From: an uncultured Clostridia bacterium
GTDB taxonomy: Bacteria; Bacillota; Clostridia; Christensenellales; CAG-314
Assembly (NCBI GenBank): GCA_947628135.1
Contig: CANQYT010000006.1
Span: 8,989 to 72,988 of the forward strand
Length of the DNA: 64,000 nucleotides
Direction: 5' to 3'
The notes under the pieces are model-generated. The model saw only the letters and a program-made list of their open reading frames with translations. It ran no database searches and was not told the origin of the DNA. The position numbers and the translations under genes were made by a program. Below, one piece after another: positions 10,519 through 19,649 of this stretch; position 1 is the stretch's first letter; each line of letters begins with the position of its first letter.

Positions 10519-11484
10519 TCAGTCCTTTTCCGTCAGGATCTTACGTATTATCTTGGAAAGCAGGTATATCAGCAACAGCAGTACCACGCTGACGGCTGCG
10601 GCATAACCCATTTCATAACGAATGTAGCCGTAGTCCTCTATGTGGTTTACCATCAACTGACCCGCATAGTTGGGCGTCGGGTTGGAACCGGATAACTGCA
10701 CGCCTATCGCGCCCGCCTGGAAAGTGTTGACCACTGCCATAACCGCGCCGAACAGTAATTGCGGTTTCATCGAGGGCAGCGTGACGTACCAAATTTCCTG
10801 CGCACGGTTTTTCATACCGTCCATATACGCCGCCTCGTACAATTCGGGGTCGATGTTCAGTATGCCGGAAAGCATTGCCAGGAATCCCACGCCCATACTT
10901 GACCAAACGGTAACGATGATCATTATCGGCATCAGGTATTCCTCGCTCTGCAACCACTGTATCGCCTCGGAAATCACACCCCATTTGAGCAAAATCGCGT
11001 TGAGATAGCCGTTGGGGTCGCCCGAGAAAATAGTCGTCCACACCACCTGCATTGCAACGCCCGCGGTAAGCGACGGCGAGTAGATGAGCAGTGCAAGTAT
11101 GGTACGGGGAAGTTTGGGTATCTGCGCAAGCATCCACGCCAACAGGAAGGAAAGCAAGTAGCCGGTAGGTCCTGCGATAAGCGCGAACTTTATCGTGTTG
11201 GGCAGTACCTTCTGCATAAATTCCTCGTCCGCCGTCAACAACCGTATGTAGTTGGTAAAGCCTACGAAGTGGGGCGAACTGATACTGTTGAAGTCGGTAA
11301 ACGACAGCCCTATTGCGATGACGACGGGTAGCACTATGAACACAACGAAAGAAAGAATGTAAGGCGCAATAAGCAACGCCGTTGTAAATCCGCTTCTTTT
11401 GCCGCCTATCTTGGTTTTGTTTTTCATCTCTTTTCGTGTGGGCAGACGCGTGGCTTTTTCTTTTTTGATCGTAGTTTCTTCCAT
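10519..11484 (-). CDS. Carbohydrate ABC permease (MalF-like)
   Basis: EAA motif [11 protein letters not shown]; start MEETT at 11484 with GAGGAG SD. Confidence 0.92.
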   Translation of the reverse strand: MEETTIKKEKATRLPTRKEMKNKTKIGGKRSGFTTALLIAPYILSFVVFIVLPVVIAIGLSFTDFNSISSPHFVGFTNYIRLLTADEEFMQKVLPNTIKFALIAGPTGYLLSFLLAWMLAQIPKLPRTILALLIYSPSLTAGVAMQVVWTTIFSGDPNGYLNAILLKWGVISEAIQWLQSEEYLMPIMIIVTVWSSMGVGFLAMLSGILNIDPELYEAAYMDGMKNRAQEIWYVTLPSMKPQLLFGAVMAVVNTFQAGAIGVQLSGSNPTPNYAGQLMVNHIEDYGYIRYEMGYAAAVSVVLLLLIYLLSKIIRKILTEKD

Positions 11485-11500
11485 ATGAAATCTCCTCAAA

Positions 11501-14479
11501 TCAATTGCTATTGCCGCGCTTGTACGCTTCAATATCTTCAAGAGTCGTCAGCTTGTACTGTTTGACGATCTCGCCGTCCTTCACGTAGCCGAATTCCTCC
11601 AACTTGCGCATCAGTTCCTTGTCTATCTTGGTTACTGCGTCCTCCACGGCGGAACGGGTGTTCTGACCGTTGATGACTATTTTGTTCCACGCGTTGCTCA
11701 GTTCGCGCTCCAGCATATACCAACCGGGCACTTTGGGTATTTCTCTCATCCACTCCCATTGCTCCAATATGATTTTTTTGTCGGCGCTGCTGAAAGCGAC
11801 GGAATTGTTGAATGCTTTGAGGTTTGCGCTGTTCCAGATGTAAGCCTTGCCGTACAGCATTGTCAAACGGTTCATAAACTCCGTTTGAATGTTTTCGCTC
11901 GACCACCATTTCAGCACTTCCCAGCCGGCTTTGTCCTTGTCGTCGCTGCCGCTCTTGAACAATGCCATCGAGGTCGCGCTGCCCGTTTGCCAACGCTCTA
12001 TCACGCCCTCTTCGTTTTCCACTCCCGGCGAAAGCGCGATGCCCCACTTGCCGGCTATTTCCGGCGCAGCCATATTGAGACGAATGTAGGTGTCGAACGT
12101 GGAAATACCTATCGGCAGACTTCCGTTGCGGAAGTTGTCGAAGAAGTTGCTTATCTGTTGCGGCAGACCGTACAGCGTGTACAACTCCGTCATCAATTTG
12201 ATGGCTTCGAGACTTTCGCTGTCCGCTATCGTAGTACGGGTGGCGTCGTCGCTGAACAGGTTGCCGCCGTATTGATAGATAAACGGCGCGGTCGTCATAA
12301 TCGACTTGCTTGCCGTACTGCTACTAAGCGGAATGTAGAAATTCAATCCTCTGCGCTGCAACTCGGGCAGCATACTGATGACGTCGTCCCACGTCTGCGG
12401 CAGTCTGTCCTCGGTGTAACCGAGACTTGCAAGCACGTCCTTGCGATAGTACATCACGTAGAAGTCCTGCGTTTCGGGCAGAGCCAAGCCCTTGCCGTCG
12501 GCGATAAGAGATATCATTGCGCCGCTGCTGAAACGCTGCAACACCTCGCCGTAATCGGGAAATTGCGTCAGATCTACCGTCAGATCGCGAATACCCATTT
12601 CGTAGGGCAGCCAGTTGGAAATGCCCATTACCGCATTGGGCGCGATGTTGGCGGCGTTGCTGAGTATCAACCGTCCCTCGTCGGCAAGTATGGAGAAGCG
12701 CACGTTGTAGCCCAGCGTGTCTTTCAAGTCGCTTGCCTCAAACAACTGCTGCATAAGATCGACGTACTGACGGCTGCGCGCCACCCACACCTCAATGGTG
12801 TCCTTGTCGTTGCTGGTAACGGAGTAGTCGGTAACAAAACTGCGGAAGAACTTTTTGACGCCCTCCCAAAAGCCGAAGAAACCGCTGCGATGTTTGATGC
12901 CCGTTTCGCCGCCCTCGGGATAGATGACTATCTTGTCGAGGTTGAGAGGCGTGCTTTCTATGTCCGTGCGGGCATTGGCAAGGGTTTGCACTATCGAGCC
13001 GCTGCCTTCGGATAACTGAGCGTAGTTGTTGGCTATCTGCTGAGGCTTTTCCAACAGACCGTCGATGGCGTTTACCGCCGCTTCGAAGTAGATTATCGCC
13101 TGATAGTTGACCTCCTCCGAGCCGTTGATGTTGCGCAACACGCGGCTGAGTTCCACCAATTGATTGCGAATGTTTTCGAGGCTATCCACCACTCCGGGGT
13201 AATCTACGTCGGGATTCCACTCTCTGTTTTTGTCCTGAATAGTGCCGGCGATCATTTTAAGTTGCAAATAAATTCTGTTGAGATCGTCGATGGATTCGGA
13301 AAGTTCTTGAAGGTGGCTTGCCGTCATACTGCCGTCCACCTTGACGGAGAGCAAATGCTTGCCCTGAGTCAAGTAGATTCCGTAGGGTTTGCCGTCCGCG
13401 CGATTGTACAGCGTTTCCTCCCGGAAACCGTCGCCGTTCATAAAGGGATAGCGCAGCAACTCGCGGAAAGGCGCTTTGCCGTCCACGGCTATCTTGGCGA
13501 AGGTAACGCGGTTGGAATTTTCATTGCTGAAATTGAAAGCAATGTTGTACACGCCCGTTTTTTCAACGTTTATTTCGTATGTGATCTCCTGAATGGGAGA
13601 ACTCATTCCCGAAACGGTGTTGAGGGGCGAGGTGTACGTTTCATAGGGCGTCACGTTGACGTCGGCGGCGTAAGTGGGCACAACGGAGGTGTTGTTCTTT
13701 CTGTAATTATGTTCCGCCTCCACAACGATGTTGCCCGCGCCGACTGTGTCGTCGTGCGTTTTGGCGTAGGTTTCGTAGGCGTCGGGCAACTTTTCCGAAC
13801 GCAGCCGAACGTTGCCTATCACCAACTGACCGGCAGAGATGGAAACCAACCTGACGGTGTTTTTTCCCGCATTGAAAGAGTAGACGGGAGCAATTGCCGT
13901 AAGCGAATCATACTCGTACAGCGGCTGATCTTTGCTCCACTGCTCCAACTTTTGCTGAGACGGAACGATCTCGTTGCCGAGTTTGTCCGTACTGAATTCT
14001 TCCGTTTTGTTTGTCCACAACGCTTTCATTCCGGAACGTTGCGAGGCGGGCGTCTCCTCTCCGTTGATGTAGATCTCCACCTCGCTGTCGGAAAGCCCGT
14101 TGTGCAGCACGTACCAATCGGCGTACACAGCCAATTTGTCGGCGGCGGCAAGTTCTACCGTAAACTCAACGTATTCGCCCTCTTCGAGCAACACGATGGT
14201 TTCTCCGACCGAGTGTACGGTGTTTTCGATAACCGCCGCGTCCAAGCCCTGCTCCGACGCATAACTCTGCAAGGCGACGTCAAACCGATCGTCGTCGCCC
14301 GTCAGCCCGTTTGTCGAGTCGAATTGCGCAAGAGCGTTCACACCGTCGGAGGAGGATTGTACCACGTCGGAAAAATTCTCGGCAGCGGAAAAATCGTAAA
14401 CCACACCGTTGCAGCCAATCAACAGAGTTGCCGCAATTGCCAAAACAATGGCGAGTAGTACGATCGATGCTTTTTTCAT
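11501..14479 (-). CDS. Large (about 990 aa) solute-binding lipoprotein: N-terminal CBM-like beta domains, helical region, C-terminal sugar-binding domain
   Basis: Lipobox LIGC; jelly-roll-like repeats ([24 protein letters not shown]); binding-protein motifs [25 protein letters not shown]. Confidence 0.85.
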   Translation of the reverse strand: MKKASIVLLAIVLAIAATLLIGCNGVVYDFSAAENFSDVVQSSSDGVNALAQFDSTNGLTGDDDRFDVALQSYASEQGLDAAVIENTVHSVGETIVLLEEGEYVEFTVELAAADKLAVYADWYVLHNGLSDSEVEIYINGEETPASQRSGMKALWTNKTEEFSTDKLGNEIVPSQQKLEQWSKDQPLYEYDSLTAIAPVYSFNAGKNTVRLVSISAGQLVIGNVRLRSEKLPDAYETYAKTHDDTVGAGNIVVEAEHNYRKNNTSVVPTYAADVNVTPYETYTSPLNTVSGMSSPIQEITYEINVEKTGVYNIAFNFSNENSNRVTFAKIAVDGKAPFRELLRYPFMNGDGFREETLYNRADGKPYGIYLTQGKHLLSVKVDGSMTASHLQELSESIDDLNRIYLQLKMIAGTIQDKNREWNPDVDYPGVVDSLENIRNQLVELSRVLRNINGSEEVNYQAIIYFEAAVNAIDGLLEKPQQIANNYAQLSEGSGSIVQTLANARTDIESTPLNLDKIVIYPEGGETGIKHRSGFFGFWEGVKKFFRSFVTDYSVTSNDKDTIEVWVARSRQYVDLMQQLFEASDLKDTLGYNVRFSILADEGRLILSNAANIAPNAVMGISNWLPYEMGIRDLTVDLTQFPDYGEVLQRFSSGAMISLIADGKGLALPETQDFYVMYYRKDVLASLGYTEDRLPQTWDDVISMLPELQRRGLNFYIPLSSSTASKSIMTTAPFIYQYGGNLFSDDATRTTIADSESLEAIKLMTELYTLYGLPQQISNFFDNFRNGSLPIGISTFDTYIRLNMAAPEIAGKWGIALSPGVENEEGVIERWQTGSATSMALFKSGSDDKDKAGWEVLKWWSSENIQTEFMNRLTMLYGKAYIWNSANLKAFNNSVAFSSADKKIILEQWEWMREIPKVPGWYMLERELSNAWNKIVINGQNTRSAVEDAVTKIDKELMRKLEEFGYVKDGEIVKQYKLTTLEDIEAYKRGNSN

Positions 14480-14537
14480 AGCTTTTTCCTTATTTTTTTG
14501 CAATTTTGTGTGTTGGTCAAAAGGTTTCAAAGGCGTC

Positions 14538-14563
14538 CGATAGGGCCTGTTGCGGCCCTATCG
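14538..14563 (-). promoter_or_regulatory. Intercistronic stem-loop after the first binding-protein gene
   Basis: CGATAGGGCC-N6-GGCCCTATCG, perfect 10-bp stem with no adjacent U tract. Confidence 0.5.
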
Positions 14564-14573
14564 TAAAACTTTG

Positions 14574-15983
14574 TCAATATTTTTCCTCATAGTCTTCCAA
14601 GGCTTCGGCGTATCCTCGGTTGGCAAGCGCTTCAAGGTCTGCCGCGTACGCCGCAAATTGACCGTTGCCCGAGAAGCACGCGTCAAGATATTCTCCTATC
14701 TTGGCGTTGTCCTTTTTCACGTCGTCCGCTCCCGTCACGGACAAGCCTGTGCTTGCATTGAAACGAGACTCGTTGTAGCCGGGAACGACCTTGGTGGGTT
14801 CGAAAACGCTGTCCGCCAGCCTCTCGTAGAAAGGCACAACGCCCTTGACGGGGAATACTTCCTCAAAGTCATACAATATGTCGGTATCCGTAGTCATCGG
14901 CAGGGTGTTGGGCGTTTCTTCGTCATCTCTTGCAAACTGTATACGCATTGCAATGCCTTCGGGGTCGTAACTCATCCACTTGGCGAACTTGTATGCCAAC
15001 TCGGCATTGGGACTGTTCTTGTAGATGGCAAGATAGTCGGGAACAAGGCAGGAATAGCCCTCGTTGCGGGCGTTTTCACCGTCCATAGAGGGAATACCCA
15101 CAAAGCGGATACGGAAATCGTCGTTGTCTATCATATTGGGCACTTCGTAGGTGTAACCCCAACGCAGACCGACCTTGCCGTTGTCCCACGCCTTGACGTC
15201 GCTGTCGATACCTGCAAACCCTTGGTCTTTCTTTGCCTGGGTGAGAGAACCGAAACTGGAATGAGCATTGTAAAGCGTCTTTGTTTCCGAAATGCCCGCT
15301 TCAAATTCCGGAGTGTTGATATAGTATTTTTTCTCCGCGTCGCTCCAACCGAAGTAACCGTAATTTTTGTTTGCGGAGGCGGGATACCACTCGTAAACAG
15401 AACTTTCCCTGTTAAGACCCACGTAGTCGGGGGTTGCCGAAATTCCGCTTACCAATTCCTTGAATTGCGTATAGGTGATACCTTCGTTCCTGTTTTGCGG
15501 GAGAACGCTGTCAAGGTTGCAGTCCTCGATCAAGTCCTCGTTTATGAAGTAGCCCAGCATATGCAGCGCAAAGGGAATCGCATAGATACCGTCCTTGAAA
15601 TGCGCGCCTTGCTCTACCGTTTGGGGAATTTTCTGCCAATCTTCGTCCTCGGCGACAAATTCGGAAACATCCATTGCCAATTGATAGGTGAGTACAAAGG
15701 ACATATTGTTCACCATAAACACATCGGGCGCTTCCTGACGCTGAACAGCGCCCAACAAGCCGTTGGGATAGGCTTGATCTTGTCCGTAGTCGATGGTTTT
15801 TATCTTTACGTCGTACTTGTCTTCGAATGCCTTTATCATTTTGCGCTCGACCGATGGGTCGGAGTCTGTTCCGAAGTTCCAGTTGGCGTAAAGAAGGTCG
15901 TACTTGACGCTGCAAGCGGAAATAATAGTTACCGTAGCGGCAAGCAACAACACGAATACCAATACAATAGCTAACTTTTTCAT
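14574..15983 (-). CDS. Sugar ABC transporter solute-binding lipoprotein
   Basis: Lipobox ISAC; APDVF, GIYAIPF..GYFINEDL, NAELAYKFAKWMS. Confidence 0.88.
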   Translation of the reverse strand: MKKLAIVLVFVLLLAATVTIISACSVKYDLLYANWNFGTDSDPSVERKMIKAFEDKYDVKIKTIDYGQDQAYPNGLLGAVQRQEAPDVFMVNNMSFVLTYQLAMDVSEFVAEDEDWQKIPQTVEQGAHFKDGIYAIPFALHMLGYFINEDLIEDCNLDSVLPQNRNEGITYTQFKELVSGISATPDYVGLNRESSVYEWYPASANKNYGYFGWSDAEKKYYINTPEFEAGISETKTLYNAHSSFGSLTQAKKDQGFAGIDSDVKAWDNGKVGLRWGYTYEVPNMIDNDDFRIRFVGIPSMDGENARNEGYSCLVPDYLAIYKNSPNAELAYKFAKWMSYDPEGIAMRIQFARDDEETPNTLPMTTDTDILYDFEEVFPVKGVVPFYERLADSVFEPTKVVPGYNESRFNASTGLSVTGADDVKKDNAKIGEYLDACFSGNGQFAAYAADLEALANRGYAEALEDYEEKY

Positions 15984-16019
15984 ATTGTCCTCCTGTTTTT
16001 TGCTGTTATTTTGCGTATT

Positions 16020-18368
16020 TTACTCTATTTCTACTTCTACCTTGTGTTCGCCGTTGAGGTTGGGCAGAGGCTTGCCGTACTCTGCGGGCTTGCCGTCCAC
16101 CGTCATACGGTTGCGACCCGTGCGCTTCACCGTGATGTCGTAAAGGGAATTGCGGAAAGTCCTCTTGTAACTGTAACCCTGCCAACTTGCGGGAATACAG
16201 GGCGTGATCGTCAGCCCGTCGTAGGTGGCGCGTACGCCCAATATCCACTTGACGGCGACGTTGTGCAGCCATTGCGCCGAGCCGGAATACCAACTCCAAC
16301 CGCCTTTGCCGAAGTAGGGAGATATCGGACCGTCGCTGTTGCCGGGCAGAACGTACGGCTCGGAACGGAAATCGTCTATATCCTTGCCTCTGTTGGGAGG
16401 GCAAAGTCCCCTATACGCCTTGTACGCCATTTCGGCATTGCCCATAAGCGCGGCAGCCCACACAGCCCACGTAGCGGCGTGGGTGTACACACCGCCGTTT
16501 TCGCGCAGCCCCGGAGCATAGCGCGTGATGTAACCTATTTCGCAGTCCGGCGAACGGTACTCGGGCGAAAGAAGCAGCGCGCCGTAGTCTTTCAGAAGAT
16601 ACTTTTCCACCGACTTCATTGCGCTTTGCTTGCGCTGCTCTGTGGTGATGTCGCTGATCACCGCCCACAGTTGAGGATTGAGGAAAATTTTACCCTCATC
16701 GCAGTCCTTGCTGCCCAATTTTTTGCCATAGTCGTTGGTGGCTTGCAAAAACCACTCGCCGTCCCAGCCGTATTTGTTGAAATCCGTTTTTAACTTTTGC
16801 GCCTTGCTGCGCAGCAGATCGCCGAATGAAACGTCTCCGCGTTGGTCGGCAACGGGAGCAAAGCGGGTGATGATGTAGTACAAAAACTCCGCCACCCAAA
16901 AACTTTCCCCTTTCATACCGTGACCGACGGCGGAAAGACCGTCGTTCCAATCGTGCGCGCCCATAAGAGGAATGCCCCTCTCGCCGAACATTTCAAAACT
17001 GTGATTTATCGCCGCCTTGCAATGCTCGTAGATGTCCGCACTGCCGCCATCCAGCCAGATTGCCTGCTTGTCGAGAATGTCGCGGTTGCCCAACTCTTCC
17101 ATATAACACAGAGTGACAAAGGGCAGCCACAAAAAGTCGTCCGAGCAGGACGTGCGCGGACCTGCGCCGTCGTAGGTAAGCCACCAATGCAAAACGTCTC
17201 CCTTGGAAAATTGCTTGGTTGCGTGCAGCAAAATTTGCTTTTCGGTAAGACTCGGATCTGTCTCCAACGCTATGAGGCTGTCCTGCAACTGATCGCGGAA
17301 GCCTACGCCGCCGCTTATCTGATAGTACGCCGCTTTTGCCCACATACGGCAGGACAGCGCTTGATACTTGCACCAATAGTTGGTCATCACGTCAAACGCC
17401 GAGTCGGGAGTAGTTACGTGTTCCTTGTTGCACAACTCCGTCCAGAAGCGTTGCACCCGTTTCAATTCCTCTTCGGCGGCAACGTTTGTTGTCAAAGCCA
17501 AAGCGCGGTAGTTCTCCGTTTCCTTGCGGGCAAGACCTATCGCAAAGCACAGCGTTTTGCTGCCGTGAGGCGTCAATTCGACGTCCGCGCGCAATGCCGC
17601 GACGGGGTCGCCGTATCTGCCCTGATTGCAAGCAAGATTCGGCTGCTCCATCGCCAGCGGAGAGGCTTCGTCGCGATACATACCCAAGAAACTCTCTTTG
17701 TCGGTATCGAAGGAGGAGGGCTGCTGCGAGCAGGCGAAAAACGCCGTGTAGGGGTAGTCGTCGTTGTTGTAGCGACCCTTGCTGTCGGGAAAGCCCCACA
17801 GGCACTTGTTTGCCACTACTGCATACAACTCGTCGTCGTATCTGAGGTCGTAAAACAGGCGTTGAAACTCTCTGTGGGTGTCGTACGCTATGCCCAACGC
17901 CCACTCGAAGTAGCCCGTAACATCCAACGAACGCGCCTCGCTCGTGTTGTTGTTAAGTGTCAGCAGGGCGTACTCCATAGGTTTCTCGCGGGCGACGAAC
18001 ACCGTCAATTTGCTTGTAATGCCCTCCGAAACGCGCTCGAACACCGAGTAACCCAAACCGTGACGTACCGTGTAGCCGTCACAGCCCTTTTTGACGGGAT
18101 TGAGCGCCGCGCTCCAAAAACGTCCGCTCTTTTTGTCTCTTATATAAAAGTACTTGCCCCAATTGTCCTTTACAATATCCTGGTACAAGCGCGTGATGCG
18201 GTTTTGTTCGGCATTTCCGCGGAAAGAAAAGCCGCCTCCCGTTTGAGACACTATCAAAGAATAGTCTCCGTTGCTTATCACGTTGACCCAGGGACGGGGC
18301 GTATAGGGGTTTGTTATCACAAACTCCTTTCCGTCGTCGGTAAAATGTCCGTATTTGTTATCTAACAT
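16020..18368 (-). CDS. GH94 glycoside phosphorylase, NdvB/Cgs phosphorylase-domain-like; probable beta-1,2-oligoglucan phosphorylase
   Basis: TPRPWVNVISN, YYQISGGVGFRDQLQD, CSDDFLWL, DWNDG (catalytic Asp), GESFW, RENGGVYTHAA, GWSWYSGSA. Confidence 0.85.
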   Translation of the reverse strand: MLDNKYGHFTDDGKEFVITNPYTPRPWVNVISNGDYSLIVSQTGGGFSFRGNAEQNRITRLYQDIVKDNWGKYFYIRDKKSGRFWSAALNPVKKGCDGYTVRHGLGYSVFERVSEGITSKLTVFVAREKPMEYALLTLNNNTSEARSLDVTGYFEWALGIAYDTHREFQRLFYDLRYDDELYAVVANKCLWGFPDSKGRYNNDDYPYTAFFACSQQPSSFDTDKESFLGMYRDEASPLAMEQPNLACNQGRYGDPVAALRADVELTPHGSKTLCFAIGLARKETENYRALALTTNVAAEEELKRVQRFWTELCNKEHVTTPDSAFDVMTNYWCKYQALSCRMWAKAAYYQISGGVGFRDQLQDSLIALETDPSLTEKQILLHATKQFSKGDVLHWWLTYDGAGPRTSCSDDFLWLPFVTLCYMEELGNRDILDKQAIWLDGGSADIYEHCKAAINHSFEMFGERGIPLMGAHDWNDGLSAVGHGMKGESFWVAEFLYYIITRFAPVADQRGDVSFGDLLRSKAQKLKTDFNKYGWDGEWFLQATNDYGKKLGSKDCDEGKIFLNPQLWAVISDITTEQRKQSAMKSVEKYLLKDYGALLLSPEYRSPDCEIGYITRYAPGLRENGGVYTHAATWAVWAAALMGNAEMAYKAYRGLCPPNRGKDIDDFRSEPYVLPGNSDGPISPYFGKGGWSWYSGSAQWLHNVAVKWILGVRATYDGLTITPCIPASWQGYSYKRTFRNSLYDITVKRTGRNRMTVDGKPAEYGKPLPNLNGEHKVEVEIE

Positions 18369-18372
18369 ATAA

Positions 18373-18387
18373 TTCGTACCGTTTCAA
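18373..18387. promoter_or_regulatory. Candidate LacI-family operator
   Basis: TTCGTACCGTTTCAA: pseudo-palindrome with central CG just upstream of the GH94 start; divergent LacI-family gene nearby. Confidence 0.45.
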
Positions 18388-18447
18388 TAATTTCAATAAT
18401 TTCACCGCCGCAAGGCAGATTTCGACTTTTTTTATATATTCATTTTA

Positions 18448-18475
18448 AGTTTACCATACTGCAAACCCCTGTCAA
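18448..18475 (-). promoter_or_regulatory. Sigma-A promoter of the GH94/ABC operon
   Basis: TTGACA-16 bp-TAAACT with TG extension on the minus strand. Confidence 0.6.
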
Positions 18476-18536
18476 GACGGTTTTGTCGTTTAATTTGTTG
18501 AATTTTCATTGAAAAATTGTACAATCTATTGAAAAT

Positions 18537-18566
18537 TTGACAACTCTCGTGCAGATGTGTTACAAT
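18537..18566 (+). promoter_or_regulatory. Sigma-A promoter of the LacI/GH3 unit
   Basis: TTGACA-18 bp-TACAAT with TG extension. Confidence 0.55.
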
Positions 18567-18654
18567 AGGGTCGCAAAGCCGCGAGAACTGTGTAAATTGT
18601 TTGCGCGGACGACAAAAAAAATACTTTGCAAGGCATTGACAAAGAGGGAAGAAA

Positions 18655-19590
18655 ATGATTACACTGAAAGATATAGCGCAAAGAGCCAACGTGGCGGTAT
18701 CCACTGTCAGTTATGCGCTGAACAACGATCCGCGTATACCCGAGGAAACAAAAAACAGGGTAATGCAGGCGGCGAAAGAACTGGATTACACGGGCAAGAG
18801 CGGGCGCAGGCGCAGTCACGGGTATCAACGGCAATTGGTGCTTTGTCTGCATACGATAAGCGGAATCATATTTCCAGAGATAATAAGCACTTTGAAAAGC
18901 GTGCTTAACGTAAGCAATTGCGAGTTGGTCATCTACGTCGGCGAAAACATCACCAACCTCAAATGGATGGACGGGCTGTTTGTGCTCAACAGCGGAGTCA
19001 CCACCGCCGCCATCAAGGAAGTGATTCAACGGCGAATACCGGTGGTGATGATGGACAGAAACGAAACGATAGACGGTGCGGTGAGCGTTACGCTGGACAA
19101 CTTCAAGGGCGGCTACGACGTGACTATGGCGGTGATAGAAAGCGGCGCAAGGAGTTTTACCTTTGTGGGCGGACCGAACACCTCGGTGGAGAGCAAGGAT
19201 CGATACGAAGGCTTTTGCCAAGCCCTTGCGGACAGCCATCTGCAAAGTAAAAACACCGTTGTGCTGCAAAGCGACTTCACCTACGAGGGCGGAGTGAGCG
19301 TTTGCCACTTCTTGTTGGAAAAAGCCACGCTGCCCGACGCGATAATATGCGCCAACGACGAAACGGCAATGGGCATACACGACGAATTTGCCCGAAAGGG
19401 GCTGGACGGCAAAGTCCTGCTGGCGGGCTTTGACGGGCTGAAACCGCCAAGTAATTTCCGCTACATCACCGCCAAGGCGGAGCGCAAGCATTGGGGCGCG
19501 ATAGCCGCCTACTCTATGTTGCAGATGTACGACCACGTGGCGACGGAGCAAAAGATAAAGATACCCGTAGAGATCGTCCAATACTATTGA
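18655..19590 (+). CDS. LacI-family transcriptional regulator
   Basis: N-terminal HTH ITLKDIAQRANVAVSTVSYALN; sensor domain DAIICANDETAMG, LAGFDG. Confidence 0.95.
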   Translation: MITLKDIAQRANVAVSTVSYALNNDPRIPEETKNRVMQAAKELDYTGKSGRRRSHGYQRQLVLCLHTISGIIFPEIISTLKSVLNVSNCELVIYVGENITNLKWMDGLFVLNSGVTTAAIKEVIQRRIPVVMMDRNETIDGAVSVTLDNFKGGYDVTMAVIESGARSFTFVGGPNTSVESKDRYEGFCQALADSHLQSKNTVVLQSDFTYEGGVSVCHFLLEKATLPDAIICANDETAMGIHDEFARKGLDGKVLLAGFDGLKPPSNFRYITAKAERKHWGAIAAYSMLQMYDHVATEQKIKIPVEIVQYY

Positions 19591-19649
19591 CAAACCGCCG
19601 CTCGGCAAATAACGGCGTTTTTGAAAAGATTATCAAAGAGGAAAAAATA

